From contig NC_087436.1 of assembly GCF_036321535.1 (NCBI RefSeq), forward strand, positions 434,001 to 498,000: a stretch of 64,000 nt of DNA, written 5' to 3'. Under the pieces are notes generated by a model. That model saw only the letters and a program-made list of their open reading frames with translations, was not told where the DNA came from and did not search any database. Both the position numbers and the translations under genes were made by a program. Every line of letters begins with the position of its first letter. Positions within the stretch are counted from its first letter, which is position 1. This DNA comes from Camelus dromedarius (Eukaryota). Shown piece after piece: positions 1 through 13,200 of this stretch.

Positions 1-155
1 CAGGGGGCCCCTGAGGTCACTGGGGACCTGGGTACTGAGGTGAGGATGGGCGAGCAGGTTCGGGGGTGGGGCTAGAACTCTACCAGGGAGCCTCTGAAGG
101 GTTTGAAGTGGGGTGATGTAATCAAATTTATGCTTTGGGAAGGCTGCCTTGGCTC

Positions 156-158
<3 letters not shown>

Positions 159-202
<44 letters not shown>
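159..202. repeat. (GT)22 microsatellite
   Basis: Perfect GT dinucleotide run. Confidence 0.98.
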
Positions 203-204
<2 letters not shown>

Positions 205-1789
205 CGGGGAAGGGGGGGGTTGCCACCAACTGGGGAGTGACATTAGAAGACCATTCACAGGCTGGGAGGCCACAAGTGGGAGAGGGTCGTTGGGGCTGCT
301 TGGGGACGGCAGGGGCCGTGTGGATGCCGGATTTCCTTATGGGGAGGGCTTGTTAGCTGGGCCGCCCTTGCGGCGCCTTTTGGCTTGAAGAAAACAGATG
401 GAGGCCGCCAGGTGGACTTTCCTCTTCTCTTCTTCCCTGCCTTGTGTGATGATCTTAGCTCAGCCAAATTTGGAAGAGAAGAGCTAAGTTCCAGGGTAGC
501 CCAGGACTTTGTTGAGCTCGTCCGAGTGAGATCTGATAGGATTTATGTTTGTGTTCAGATCTGCATGTTCACTTAGCTAGAAACGTCCTATCTTTTGAAT
601 TTCCATAGGGGTTTTTACTCTTGATAAAGATTGCTTTCTTGGTGAGAGGAAATTTAATACAGCTGTTGTCTTTCTCAAAAAAATCATATCTTTTAAGAAA
701 TTTAATATTCAAAAAATAGGAATATTTAAAAATGATAAAGTAAGGCTTTGGTGTAGTTTCTTTGGTTTCCTAGTTAATGTGGACTTAGAGCCTTTGCATT
801 ACTTAATAGCACATCCTTGTCAGTATTTAAAGGGCTGTTAGCGCCCCAGGCCCCACCTCTCAAAACATCATTAAAGTTTGCTCTGAAATAGTGAGGTCAT
901 AAAAGTTTTGTTTGCAGAAGCCAAACACTTGGTTTATAATATGAAGCATAGCTCCATTTTTAAAATAATAATAGGTTCAAAATTAAGAAAGTGGAAGATA
1001 ATTGAGTTTTTTAAAAGCTGAAACATAATCTTTCTTGTGCTAATGTTGAACTGGAAATTTCGAAAATAAAAATCCTACTGTAATAACATCTACGTGGAAT
1101 ACATATATGCTTTCCCGTTTGAAAAATAAGTGCGCAGTGGTTTTCGAAGTCAGGAGCATTCCAGCTCAGATACTGGCATTGATGGTTGCTGGTTTTCAAT
1201 GGCAGAGCCTAAATTTGCCTTCTTAGCTTTTTTTTTTTTTTTGTAGTGAGAGGGTTGAGTAGTGCTTTGCCAGCATGATTTTGGGGCAATTTGGGGGCAG
1301 ATGTTGTGAACCAGCAGTGAGATATTTCCATGCATTTTATTTTCTGGACATCACCAAGGCACATGTGGGGTTTGTGCCTGCAGGCTGGGATGCTGTAGGA
1401 CTCCCTGGTCCATCACAGTTTTGTCCTGGAGCTGCTCCGGTCAGTGAATGATTTTCTGTGGCTTCGAGGTAAGGTGGTCTGATGCACATGATCAGATGTG
1501 TAGTTAAAGTGCTATTACATGAAATAAGAGAAACCTAGAAACATGAGGGAGGAGAATTGGCTGAGCTGATATCGGTGGGGAGTCTTCTTAGGTGACTCCC
1601 TCCCCGTGATTCCTGCCAATATCCTCCCCAGCCCTGCACGGTAGTCCTGCCGAAGCAAGCATGCACTTTGCTCAGAAACGGACTGAATTTCCTTGTGCCT
1701 CTGTTTGTTGGCTTTTTTTTTAAAGCACATCTTGCCCTTTGCTTAAATGCCACCCCTGCTAGTCACATCTTACACTCATTCTTCTGGAA

Positions 1790-2330
1790 GTCGTCCATAT
1801 ATAGCTGCTGAATGGATGAACTGAATGTAGTATCTTCATGTAGTGGAACATTATTCATACGTAAGGGTGAATAAAAAGGAAAAAAAAATAAAGGGGAAGA
1901 TGAAAAAGGCCACCTGTCCTGGGAAGTCCACCCTGACTGCTCAACCCACCCTTTTCCCTTTGAATCCCCACCCCTTATGCTCCACTCTAGTCTTTTTGAT
2001 AGTACTTACCACCTTCTAATAAACTTTAACGTTTTCAAAAAAAAAAAGAGAGAGATGCTGATACCTCTTCAACATGGAAAAGCCTTGATAATAGCACGTT
2101 AAGTGAAAGGAACCAGACATAAACGGCCACATATTGTTGACTTCAGTGATCTGAAATGCGCAGAATAAGCAAATGCAGAGGCAGAGAGCAGGTGATGGTT
2201 GCAAGGGGCTGGGTGGAGGGGGATTAGGGAATGACTGATAGTGACAGGGGGTTTCTTCTGGGATAATGGAGTGTTCTGGAAATAGATGGTGGTGAGGGCT
2301 GCACAACCATGAGTGTGCAGAAGACTGCTG
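1790..2330 (+). mobile_element. Old L1M (L1MB-like) 3' UTR fragment, interrupted at ~1870-2050
   Basis: Typical L1MB 3' motifs: gaatggatgaac..gtggaacattattca, taagtgaaaggaaccagacataaacggccacatattg, gtgttctggaaatagatggtggtgagggctgcacaac. Confidence 0.75.
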
Positions 2331-3413
2331 AGCGCTGTCTCTGGGAGTGCCTGTGGTTGGGGTGGCTTTATTTTGTTCTCACCCTGCAATGTGAACTGTC
2401 ATCTTGTGCTGAGGCAGTTCTACTCCTGTGAGTGGTGAGGCTCAGACACTTTGCAGAGTCATGTTTCTTTTCTCCCCCTTGCTGAGTGTAGGCAAAAAAG
2501 GTTTAAGCCTGAGAAAGTGCTCCATCTGCAGAAATATCTTTCAGTTTTGCATGGTGTAAAAATCTTGAGAGCTTTTTAATCGTTGATGACAGTCTGTGAG
2601 GGGAAACAGCCCTTGAAGCCTGGGTGTGACCTGGAAGAGCCGCGCTTCCCTCCCTGACCTGGGTGGGGATTTCACCGCCGTTCAGGCAGTGAAGGGCCCA
2701 GACCCGAGAGCGGAGTTGACAATCGTGAATATTTACTTGTATTCGCTGCTTCATCTTGGATATTAATTTCAAGCTGAGTCAGTTTGTGGCGGCAGCCTCA
2801 TCCTACATCAGGAATTTATAGTATCTGCTCTTTGAAGTGGAGACCAGACAGACTTTTATTATTTAACAGTCTCCCTTAAATTGATATCTCAGATTCCTTT
2901 GTAAAAAGTAAAACAGCAGAAATACACACGTCCTTTAATGCCAGTCTGACCTGGATCGGGTTTAGTCTCTGTGCCTTAGTGGCCTTAACTGCGGGTAGGG
3001 AAGATGATAACAGTGCTTCCCTCAGAGGGCCTGGTGAGGGGGGAGTGAGAAGCACAAATTGAGGACTTACACGAGATGCTCATGAATGTCCGAAGTTAGT
3101 GCTCTCAGCCTGGTGAGGCCTCAGGAGCAGAGATGTCAGAACAGAGCATTCCTAGCCGGAGCTCGATCCGTGTTGGCAGCTGTTATGATCACTATCACCA
3201 CTGTGGGTTATCAGGTAGTTTTAAGACTTGGTAATATGAATTCTTGAATAATGTTAAAAGACTAGACATCTCAGATCCAGTTTACATAGTTTTCAAGATT
3301 TCCTCTGAGAAATGGATGTTTTATTCCCCATCAGAAGTCTGAGTTGAGTCTCTAAAAAAATTCTGTATTCCTCCATCTTTTTGCTTTAATTCTCCATTTC
3401 TTAAAAAAAAAAG

Positions 3414-3498
3414 TTTTTAAATGGAGTTACTGGGGACTGAACTTAGGGCCGCATACATGCTAAGCACATACTCTCCCAAATGAGGTATAATCTCCCCC
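3414..3498 (-). mobile_element. Short tRNA-derived SINE (camelid-type)
   Basis: tactggggactgaacttaggg..catgctaagcacatactct is the reverse complement of a tRNA-like A/B-box head. Same family as the copies at 8535, 38555 and 41790. Confidence 0.75.
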
Positions 3499-3754
3499 AT
3501 AATTCTTTCTAAACTTTACTTTCTTAGTATTCAGAAGTAGAGGCCTCTAATTCTTTTTCTGGAGACTTGTCCATGAACCTGTAAATCTATTATTAATGGA
3601 CAAATCTTGGTTTATTAAAAAAATCAATAAAATATTCTGCAATCCATCCAAAAGAAAATGCTCATTGATTTAAATGTTTCTCCTTTATGGTGATTTCTAC
3701 TTTCTGGTCTAGCTTAATTTATTAACAACCATCCTTATCATCATAATGACCAAC

Positions 3755-3935
3755 CTCGCTCTGAGTGGACACCTGCCTAAGGCTAAAATGCTTTCCTCAT
3801 GTTTTACTTCATAGCAGGTGTTTGAGGGTAGGTATCAGTGTCTCATTTTTTGCAGCTGAGGGATTGAGAGATGGAGCAGCTTGTCCCAAATTACACACAG
3901 CTGGCAGTGGCTAGTTCAGTGCTGGAACCCTGGCT
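3755..3935 (-). mobile_element. MIR SINE (degenerate)
   Basis: Core-like cattttttgcagctgagggattgagag..cttgtcccaaattacacacagctggcagtggc. Confidence 0.6.
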
Positions 3936-6887
3936 GCACAGGATGCATTTTTAATTGCTCCTGTAATCAGCCTCCCGTTGAGTGTTTTCCCGAACTCCTG
4001 TGACTCCATAAATGGCCAATTTTAGTGATCTCAGCCTAATGAGGACTTCAAAGGAGAGACACCAGTGAGAATGTGAGACAGAGTGGCATAAATTAAAATT
4101 GTATATTTTTACAAAAGTTTTATTCTCAGGTAATGACTTAAAAGTTAGTTTTTTTTTTAATTTTAGTGCTCTGTGAGCACTAAAAACAAAACATTAAAAA
4201 TAATTATAGTGCAAAAGAGAAGTGGGCTTTGAAAGTCCAATCATTGCTAGTGATGTTACTTGCTTTTCTCTAGTGGCCCTTATTGACAGAAATACTTAGA
4301 AAGACTGAATTGGTTTTATGTAGTCTTAGTATGGAAGAAAAGTTTGTCAGTGAATATTGTAAGTAAAATCATTACTCTTTCTTTCCTGATGATGAATAGG
4401 TAAGTTGTTTTTATGGCTTAAGTACATTTCCTCATTTGTGAAATTTGAGTAATATCGTTTTCCTTGTCTAACTGTGAGAGTTAGACGCCTTGTACACAAA
4501 GCACCCAAGGGGTGCTTAATAAAAATGTGCTGTCACAATGACAGGTATTTTAGAAGGATCAACTCTGAATACTAAAGGGGGTGGCTTATTTCTGATGCAT
4601 ATTCAATATGTATATATATGATATATATGAATATGGCTTAAAGTAACAAGGATTCATTTATTTTTTTTAGTGCACTATGAAGTTTTAATGAAATCTTTAT
4701 CATTCTATTGAGACAGGGACTAGTTAAATTGCCTTAAGCAGACGACCTTGAAGATTATTTACACAGAATGTGTATTGTTACAACTCAGAATTCATGTTGC
4801 CGTGTAACATCCACTCAGATATTTAAATTCGTGGATTCTGACCAGATCCATTAAGTTTAGAAAAATCCACATTTATCATTTTCAGGGAATAATCTTCTGT
4901 CTTTTGTGATTAAAGAAAATTTTGATTTTTTTCCTGCACTTTTAACAGGTTTAAAATATCAAAACATTGATTTGACATGTAACTTTTTTAATAGAATAAA
5001 TCTCATGCTGTTTTAATATGTAAATAAATGTTTTTGTATTTCAACAAACTTTTACGATTTCCTGGCTCTTTGAGAAGTATTTTGCAAGATACTTAGATTG
5101 CCTACTGTTGGAAAAATGCAGACGTTATTTTATGATTATAGGCCTAGTAAAGATCTGTTGGTTTTTGCTACAGTGCAAGACATGAGGCCTAGGAGAGCTT
5201 TGCTGCCGATTGCCAGGAGGACAGATCCCAGGTCTCAGTCTCCCCTTCTGTAAACTGAAGAGGCTGGACTGGTTTCTTTCCTCCTCTAAGATGAGTTTCC
5301 ATAAGCCTATGTCTTTTGTTTATATTCAGGAGTATTAGCAATATCAGATTAAATACTGAATACCCTTCCCTTACCCCAAAACAAAGTGCAGTATGTGCTA
5401 CAGAAGCTTTTAGTTATCTGATTCTCGTTTCTGATCCTACAGGCAATTTTGTGTTGCATGTTTCCCGGTAACCTGGAAGGTCTTTTTAGCCATAGGTGGC
5501 TCTGTTGCACCTTCTTACCTTCTTAATTTTCCTGTTTGTTAAAGAAAGCTTAAACAACGTTATTTTATTTTAATTTCTTTGCTTAATGCTTCAGAATAGC
5601 ACAGTCTCCATTATGTCTGTCTACCTGGAAAAATTATTCTCCTTATATCTTAGTTTTATTCTGTCATCTCGCTGTGAACATCTCAGACTTGCTGTGCAAA
5701 CAATGGCAAATTCGGACTTTTCTACCAGTGCTAGAAACCAGTGAGCCGGGAATTTATAAAACAGCTAGAAGTGGCCTCTGGAGCACCTTAAAGCTGAAAA
5801 GTGTACTGGGTTCCCTGAGTATTGACCCCGCTGCTGTGTGTTAATTGGTGGTAGGAGATTTGGTACATATATGAAGGGGTGTAGTTTTTTGACTTGGCTT
5901 TGCGTGCACGCGCTGCCACTGAGCCACGTGAGCCTAAGTCAGTTCGTTCTGAGATTTCCCTCGTCTGTGAGATGGGGATGCTCATATCTGCTTTGTAGAA
6001 TTGTGAGAATTAGTAATTATGTAAACTGTTTACCACAGTGGGTATGTCAAGAGGGCTCGTAATCTTTAGCTACTGTTTTGTGAGAAGCCATCATTTGATA
6101 GTCTTTGGCAATTACTAAGAAACAGGAAAATAAGGAAACCTGGTTTTATGATGAAAGATATTTGAGGAGGTTCCATAGTTCCTATACCCATAATTTAGCA
6201 TCAGCAAAGTCAGAAGTGTTACACAGTCGCCCTGAACCAACGTTAAGCCACAGAATTTTTTGTTACTTCAAATATGTTGGGGCTTAAGGGGATCCAATAC
6301 TTATACACATGTTGTCTCCAGCAGCCAACTGAGAGATGACAGAAAAGAGTAAGCAGGCGATATATGTCTTCTTTTTTACTGATGAAGCCACGTACTCCAT
6401 GAACTTCAGGGCTGTGGGAAAATGCGTGTCATTATACTGTGTCCCAGAAGTAGAGACTCACCCTGTCCCAGGTAACTCTGGGCCACAGCGAGCCTTCCCT
6501 TGAGAGGACCTGCCCCATCATGCACAGGGCTGTCCTGCCATGGAGCTGAGCATCCCGTGTGCTTCCCAAGTGTGGCCAGCACTGGAAGGAAAGGAACGGT
6601 TTCACATACCCTGCTTGTCTCTCCGGAATCACACCTCACCCTGTTAGTGTGACGAGGGCTAGCTTTGAGCCACGGGTCTGTGGTGTGGAGAAGCACTCTC
6701 CGTGGCCAAGAGGAGTGGGGAGGAGGCGTCCCCTCCCTCAGTTTAAACAGGTGGTGGTATGGAACAGAAGGGTGCTCCCCAAGAGTTTATAAAAGGAGAA
6801 ATAAGGATTTTCTTTGGGACTTAGTCTAGCCAGGAAACACAGAAGATGATTAGAAAGGAGACTTGTAAATCACTTTAATATTAAGTT

Positions 6888-7100
6888 GACATTTGTTGAG
6901 CACCAATAATGTGCTACATTCTTTTCTGAGAGTTTTACAGAAATGAATCCTTCAATCTTCTCAACAATGGAGTAAGGAATGTTTGATTTTTATCCCAGGT
7001 TTACAGTGTGGAAACTGAGGCACACAGAGGGTAAGTTGGCCAAGGTCACAGAGCTAGTAAGTGGCAGAGCTGGTATTTAAACTCTGGCTGTCTGGTTTTG
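6888..7100 (-). mobile_element. MIR SINE
   Basis: tttacagtgtggaaactgaggcacacagagggtaagttggccaaggtcacagagctagtaagtggcagagctgg is the MIR core. Confidence 0.85.
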
Positions 7101-8534
7101 AGGCTCCCAGGGATGGGCTTTGGGTGTTTAGAGGTATCTGCATACCTGGATCTCTGTACATCTGTGCATCAGTAAGCCCAGAAAGGACAGAGAAAGGAGA
7201 TTCACACAGTTGCTCACAGTCGTGTCTCGGCCACTGTCCATGAAGAGTGCACCATGATTAGCGTTGTTTTCCAGGCAGTAGATCTGTTGGTATAACAGAA
7301 ATTTAGTCCATTGAGTTAATCTAGAAATCCTTACTGCTCTGCTTCTGTCCATGTTTGCCATGTTACTGCCTGCCCGTGGTTAGGCCGTGGAGGAAAAACT
7401 GTACTCATGGTTGAACTCTGATATTTCAGTCTGGTTCATAGTTTCACATATTCTGTTACATTAATAAGTTAAGTTTCTGGTTTTCTTGCATCAGTGTCTC
7501 GTGTGTTTGGTTAATGTGAAACCAGTCCATGGGAGCCCAGGGGTGCTGACGGTATAATTTCTGAGCATGTTGTGGCACCTCTACACGTGCAGTCCTGACT
7601 GGAGGATGTCCGCCTTCCTCACTGATTTCTCCCAAGAGCAGGGTCCTATCCCATCCCTGGATGTGACGCTGGGAGCTCTGTGAGTAGGCCAGTCAGCGGC
7701 CAATTCCACCAATCAGAAAATGATGAAGTACCCAGAAGTGGGTTTAATAGAAGAAAAGGGCTTCCAGGTAGTCCAATGGGCTGTTCGAGTCCATTTGGTG
7801 AAAAGCTGTTCACTGTCTGTGGTTGAGCTGATTCTTTGCTGTTGAAAAGTCTGGATTAGATGAAGGGATTTTAAAAAGCAGAAAGGAGTGATTTCAGGTG
7901 GTACGTCCACACCGGTGAGAAGTGATGGATGACCGCCTGTGTGAGGCATAGACAGAGTCTTACAAACTTAATAAAACAGCTTTAAAAGCTCTGCCATCTG
8001 AGTGCACTTCATAAGGGGTCCAGATCATCACTGGTCATGCTGTGAGGGCAAATAACTGATGATGGCATAAAGGACACGGAGGCATCAAAAAGGTCTCAGT
8101 CATGTTCCCTTTTTAAAGAATGTGGCACAGTGTAATATATTTGAGCTGGTTTTTCACTGAACAATTTTTCGTGTTTTCTAGGTCTCCCAGCTCCTGAAGT
8201 TTCCACGCAGCTGCATGTCCCCTCGCTGCAGCTCTGTCAGCACTTGTCCTGGGCTGACGTGTTGTCACGGGGAGCAGGACGGTCAGCGTCCCCGGCTCCT
8301 CCGAGCTCCGTCTCCTCATCCCCAGTGCTGGGCTTCTCATCCATGTCTACTTAGAAGGGTTGCTGAGAACCACACGTGATGGTTGTCAGGGGTGATTTGT
8401 GGTTGTCCCTGTGTTTGACATATAGTCAGTATTTGATAGAAACACATGTTTTTTATTATAGTTCTGGCTTCTACATTGCAGTGGTTTTTAGTCTGCATTT
8501 TTTTATAACTTTTTTCTTATTTTTAAATAAGCAC

Positions 8535-8622
8535 TTTTTTTGGGGGGGGAATTACTGGGGATTGAAGCCAGCACATTGTGCATGCTAAGCAGGTGCTCTA
8601 CAACTGAGTAATACCCACCCTC
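8535..8622 (-). mobile_element. Short tRNA-derived SINE (camelid-type)
   Basis: tactggggattgaagccagcacattgtgcatgctaagcaggtgctctacaactgag, with a T-rich tail on the left. Confidence 0.8.
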
Positions 8623-9483
8623 CTTGTCTGCACTTAAAAATAAATATTGCAATACACAAAATAGCTCTTAAACACCATCATGGGACCTATTTTCTGTATA
8701 GACAATTGAATACATATGCTATTTCAATAAGAATAAATGTTGGGACTTACCTTTCTCAATCTGTTTACTTGTTTAAAAACGATCATAGCTAGTGATAAAC
8801 ACGAGTCTTGGATACAGCACTTCTTAGGATCTGTTTTGACATCATGGGAAATTACATTCTACAGAGAAGGCAAATTGGGTCTCATTGATATTTGGATGAT
8901 TTAGCAGATGATCAAGTCTTTCAAACTTGACAGTTTTGTATTTTAAACTAACTGCAAAGTTATCTTCTAGAAGTTGGAATTCCTAAGTTTGTGAAGTGCT
9001 CAGTAATTCAGTGTGTATGTGTTTGTGTCTGTGTGAACGTGTTTGTGTGTGATTTCAGGAAGGTAGAAATAAGTTCCATGTAGCCCTCTGATACCTTCCT
9101 CCTCCAGTTCAAGATGTAGGCATATATTTACACAAGTAAATTAATATTCTTTAGTCATTTGATATATTGGTGGGAATATGAGGTTCTCACACTTGTTTCA
9201 GAAGGGTTGGGGAGCATCAGGTTTGAAAACAGGAGGGGAAAGAGGCAGGGTGGCCCTTCACACTTTGTGCAGGATTTGAGGAACAGTAGCTTTCTTTTTT
9301 CTTTTATTCTAAAACAAACTGGCGCTGAATTGTAACTTACTATGACTCAGAATTGCTTTTCTGATAAGATACAACTGCCTCAGAGTTTTCAAGGCAACAT
9401 GAATGATGAAATCCGTTTTAGGAGTTATCTTTAAAGTAGTGTTAATTTTCAAGTAAAAGGCTATAGCCTGTTCTTTCTTCGAA

Positions 9484-9510
9484 GGGTAAAAGACGTTCTC
9501 ATTGATCCAA
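9484..9510 (+). pseudogene. TRAPPC9: TRAPPC9-like 27-nt micro-exon (exon 5 equivalent), acceptor damaged or 1 nt deleted
   Basis: GG GTA AAA GAC GTT CTC ATT GAT CCA A gives (G)VKDVLIDP versus recalled human GAQEVLIDP. Preceded by the pyrimidine tract ttctttcttcgaa and followed by gtgcat. Confidence 0.75.
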
Positions 9511-12177
9511 GTGCATGATCAATGTGCTTAGTTTCTTTGGGGTTTTTTTCTTTTTTTTTAAGTGCTTGTTTCATTGTGGTTTGAATGAATGTTTAAAATT
9601 TCTGAATTTTGTTCTTTAGAACATGCTGATTTATCAGAACTGTTAAAAACCTGATTGATCTTTCGTCTTTGTTTGGAGGGGCACCCTTTTGATTTCTGTT
9701 GTCTGTTAAAGAGGGAAATTCTTCCTCTAGCCTGCAGATCATTAAGTGAATGGTTTGCAGTGTGCCTTTAAAATTCTTTGAATGCTTTGAGCATGCTTGT
9801 CTAGTGAATTTTGAATTGACTCATAGTAATGACTTTGCTTTGATTCTGTGGCTTTTGCTCCTCTCCGCAAGAATTTGAATTCTCTGTTGCATTTTGTATA
9901 CGTGTTTTTAACAGGGGAAGAAATTTTGCATTTTTTACAGAGCTGGGTTTTCCTATCCCCTCTGAATGCCATCTATACTTGATACAATAAAAATCTGTTA
10001 TTGCAGTGCTTAATTATTTCATAAACTAATTTTTGGCTTAATCAGACGCAATGAGAAAGAGTGATAATAAAAAATATGAAAACCTTCCTTCCTTTGAAGA
10101 ATAGAAATGAGGTGGTCAGGCTCACGCATGCTTTGTGCTTGACACACTTACTTTCATGTCATTGTGTATCATGATTCGGAGATGGAGTTGCTTCAGGTTT
10201 TATAGATTTTTGTTTGAACATTTTTGTTGAATTCTTTCTCCAGGCTGATGTTTCCTGTTGGGTTTGTGGAAAGCGTAGAAGGGAAACAAATTCTTTGTTT
10301 TATTTTCAGGAGGCCTGAGTTGCTGATGAGAAAAGAGTTGAGGGTGGGCTGAGGAACAGAGTGACACTCCCTCTCCTCCCGGCTGAAACTGATGAACAAT
10401 GAAATCAATTAAGTGTATCAGTATTTGACCAAGAGAATTCAGCGAGCCCAAACTGGCAAGTTATGCCCAATGGAAAGTACTGAATTCACCTGCAGAATTA
10501 GGTGCTTTGCCAATTAGAAGCAGCTTAGAGCAATCAGAAAAATTAGTTCATATGATGAGATATAAAAGAATGTAATATCTTCTATTTCTGAAACTTTTCT
10601 TTGTTAAGTTGTGTAGAGCTAAAATTAAGTTTCAAGCACCAGGAGTTAAGAGTCTGGGTGGTTCTGTGGGATCGTTAGTCAGGGATGTGTCTAGATCCTG
10701 CTAGAGTGTCTGAAGGTGGCAGGAAAAGACCCAGGGCTAGGATTTGTTATCCTAGGGTGTCCTCCATAATGGTTCCCTAATGGTTACATGTGGGAGCCCA
10801 AGATTAGGTTAAATTGTAACAGACCCCAGCCGCCTGTCAATGTTCAGAAGAAAAATGTGTGCTTAGTAACTGCTTTGCAAGCAGGAGCCTGTGCATCCTC
10901 ACTCCTGTCTCCTTGCCTTAAAAAGCAGAGACAATGCTTTGCTTGCATAGTTGATGCTTTAGATAGCACTCTGCTCATTTCAAAGCAAGGACCCAGGCCC
11001 TCAGCTATAAAAGCTGGGCTTGTGTGCTTTTAGATAGTCTATTATCCCCAAAACAAGGACCTGGCTGGTCTCGTGGTCTGCTTTGTAATTCACATATCTA
11101 AAGAATGTATCTTATTCCCCTCACCCCATGACTTCCCTAAAGATACACTAAGCCTTTGTACTCATTGTGGATTCTACAATCTCTGTCTCCTCCTGTCTTT
11201 CCTCAAGTTCCTACTTACTATCACACAACTGTTAATGACTTTTTCCTTTCGTTATACACAGTAAATATAGGAGCATTTGAGAGGCTCGTGGAGTTGGCTC
11301 CCTACTCCTTCTCTTTTTCTGGACTTTTCCCACAGAGTCTTGAATAATCATTCCATGTCGGTACGACTTCTGCCAGCCATAACCCACAGTTCCAGGTGAG
11401 AATGATGCAGGCTTTATCTCTCCTACCCAAGGGAGAGAGAGAAGAGAATTGAGATCTGCTCCCTTGTGGTCCCTTCCTTCCCCAGGGCCACTCCAGTTCA
11501 CCTGCAGCCTTCTGGCCTCTGCTGTCAGGGCCTCTGTCCCAGGACTGACTGCAGCCATTTTTTCCCTTGCCAACATTTCCTGTGCCTTTCAGAAGTTGGT
11601 CTCTTCTCTGCAATTCAACCCTGGCAGATGTGATGGTGGTCAGCGTGCTGGTGGGCAGTCACCTGGGGACTCCCAGGAGCCATGCTGATTCTCCTGAGTC
11701 TCTCATTCGGGGTTACAGAACTGTCGAGCACCGGAGGAAGCCCATTCACGTGAGGGCAGCGCAGCATTGCATCACTTTCATTTTATTTTTGAAATTTCAG
11801 TGGAGAAATTATTTGTAGCAAACTGTTCCAGTTTTTTGGCTGACTGCTTTCCTCACCACCATTTCCTTGTTGGATGTGGTGCTTGTTTTAAGAACCAGGT
11901 TTCTTCTCTGGTTATTTCTAGCAGGTGGGCTTGCCGAATCCTTGATCTGCATTTGAAGCAGAATGCTTCATCTTGATGTCAAACTGATTTTCTTCATTCT
12001 GAATATTTCGTATACACTCAGCAACTGTTTCAAGTGAACTGCTCTTGTCCAGTTTCAGTTAACTCACATTTGCTGATCTCCTGCTTTCATGCTGAGGGCA
12101 GTTTCTTCTTCCTGTAATAAAAGTTAGCAATTTGCATCTACTATGGGAAGGTACTGGCCCGAGGTGCTTTTGTTCTT

Positions 12178-13200
12178 AACAGTTTTAATACAATTCACCC
12201 ATTAATATTTACACGGTTTTTACTCTATGCCAAGAATTGTGCATCCCAGTCAATCTTAGAATATTTTCATCCTCCTAACAGGAAACCCCATATGCATAAG
12301 CACTCATTCCCATCTTCCCCATCCTCCCCCAGCCCCAGGGAGCCACTCTTCTCTGTGGATTTGCCTGTGCTGGACATTTCATGTAAATCGAGTCAATTCA
12401 TGTAAATGGAACCGTCTATTGTGACTGACTTCTTTCACACTGAGTAACGTTTTCAATGTTTGTCCATGTTGTTGCCTGGGTCAGTACTCCATGCTTTGCT
12501 ATTGCTGAATAATATTCCACTGTATGGCTGGGCCCCTCTGTTTACCCATTCATCAGGTGATAGGCATTTTGGTTGTTTCTTCTTTTTGGCTGTGATGAAT
12601 AATGGCACCGTGAACATTCCTGTAGGAGTTTTTATGTGGACATTTGTTTTCAGTTCTCTTACGTGTGTGCCCACAGAGCAGAATTGCTGGGTCATTCAGA
12701 AACCAACTGTTCAACTCTCTGAGGTCCTGCCAGGCTGTTTTCCAAAGTAGCCACGCAGCGTTACTTCTCACCAGCAAGGGCTGCTATCTCTGATTCCTGT
12801 GTGTCCTCATTAGTTCTTGTTATTCTTTTTTTAATTATAACCTAATGTAGTGAGTGTGAAGCGGTTTCTCCTAGTAGTTTTGACATGATTTCCCTTACAG
12901 CTAATGATTTTGAACATCGTTTCATTGTGCTTATTGGCCATTTGTATATTTTCCTTGAAAAATACCGTTTCGGATCCTTTATTCATTTTTTAATTTAGTT
13001 GTCTTTTTTGTTGAATTGTAGGAACTCTTTTTTATTTGGAGATACAAATTCCTAATCAGATAAATTATTTGAAAATATTTTCTCCTGAGTGTTGTTTTTT
13101 TCACTTTCTGGATGGTGTCCTTTGAAGCAAAGTTTTAAATTTGATGAACTCAAATTTATCTCTTTTTCTTTTTTCCTTGTGCTTTTGGGGCAATATTTAA
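12178..13200 (-). mobile_element. L1MB-type LINE, ORF2 C-terminus and 3' UTR
   Basis: ORF 12453..12695 resembles the degenerate L1 ORF2 end (RELKTNVHIKT..MFTVPLFITAK..KQPKCLSPDEWVN). Typical 3' UTR motifs are present. Confidence 0.9.

Noticed and set aside
135..388. ORFs with CVCVCV repeats
   Set aside because: Translation of the (GT)n microsatellite.
437..512. Possible upstream TRAPPC9 exon (ctgcctt...ggaagagaagagctaagttccagggtagc)
   Set aside because: Only short word matches, wrong length, no acceptor AG and no convincing translation.
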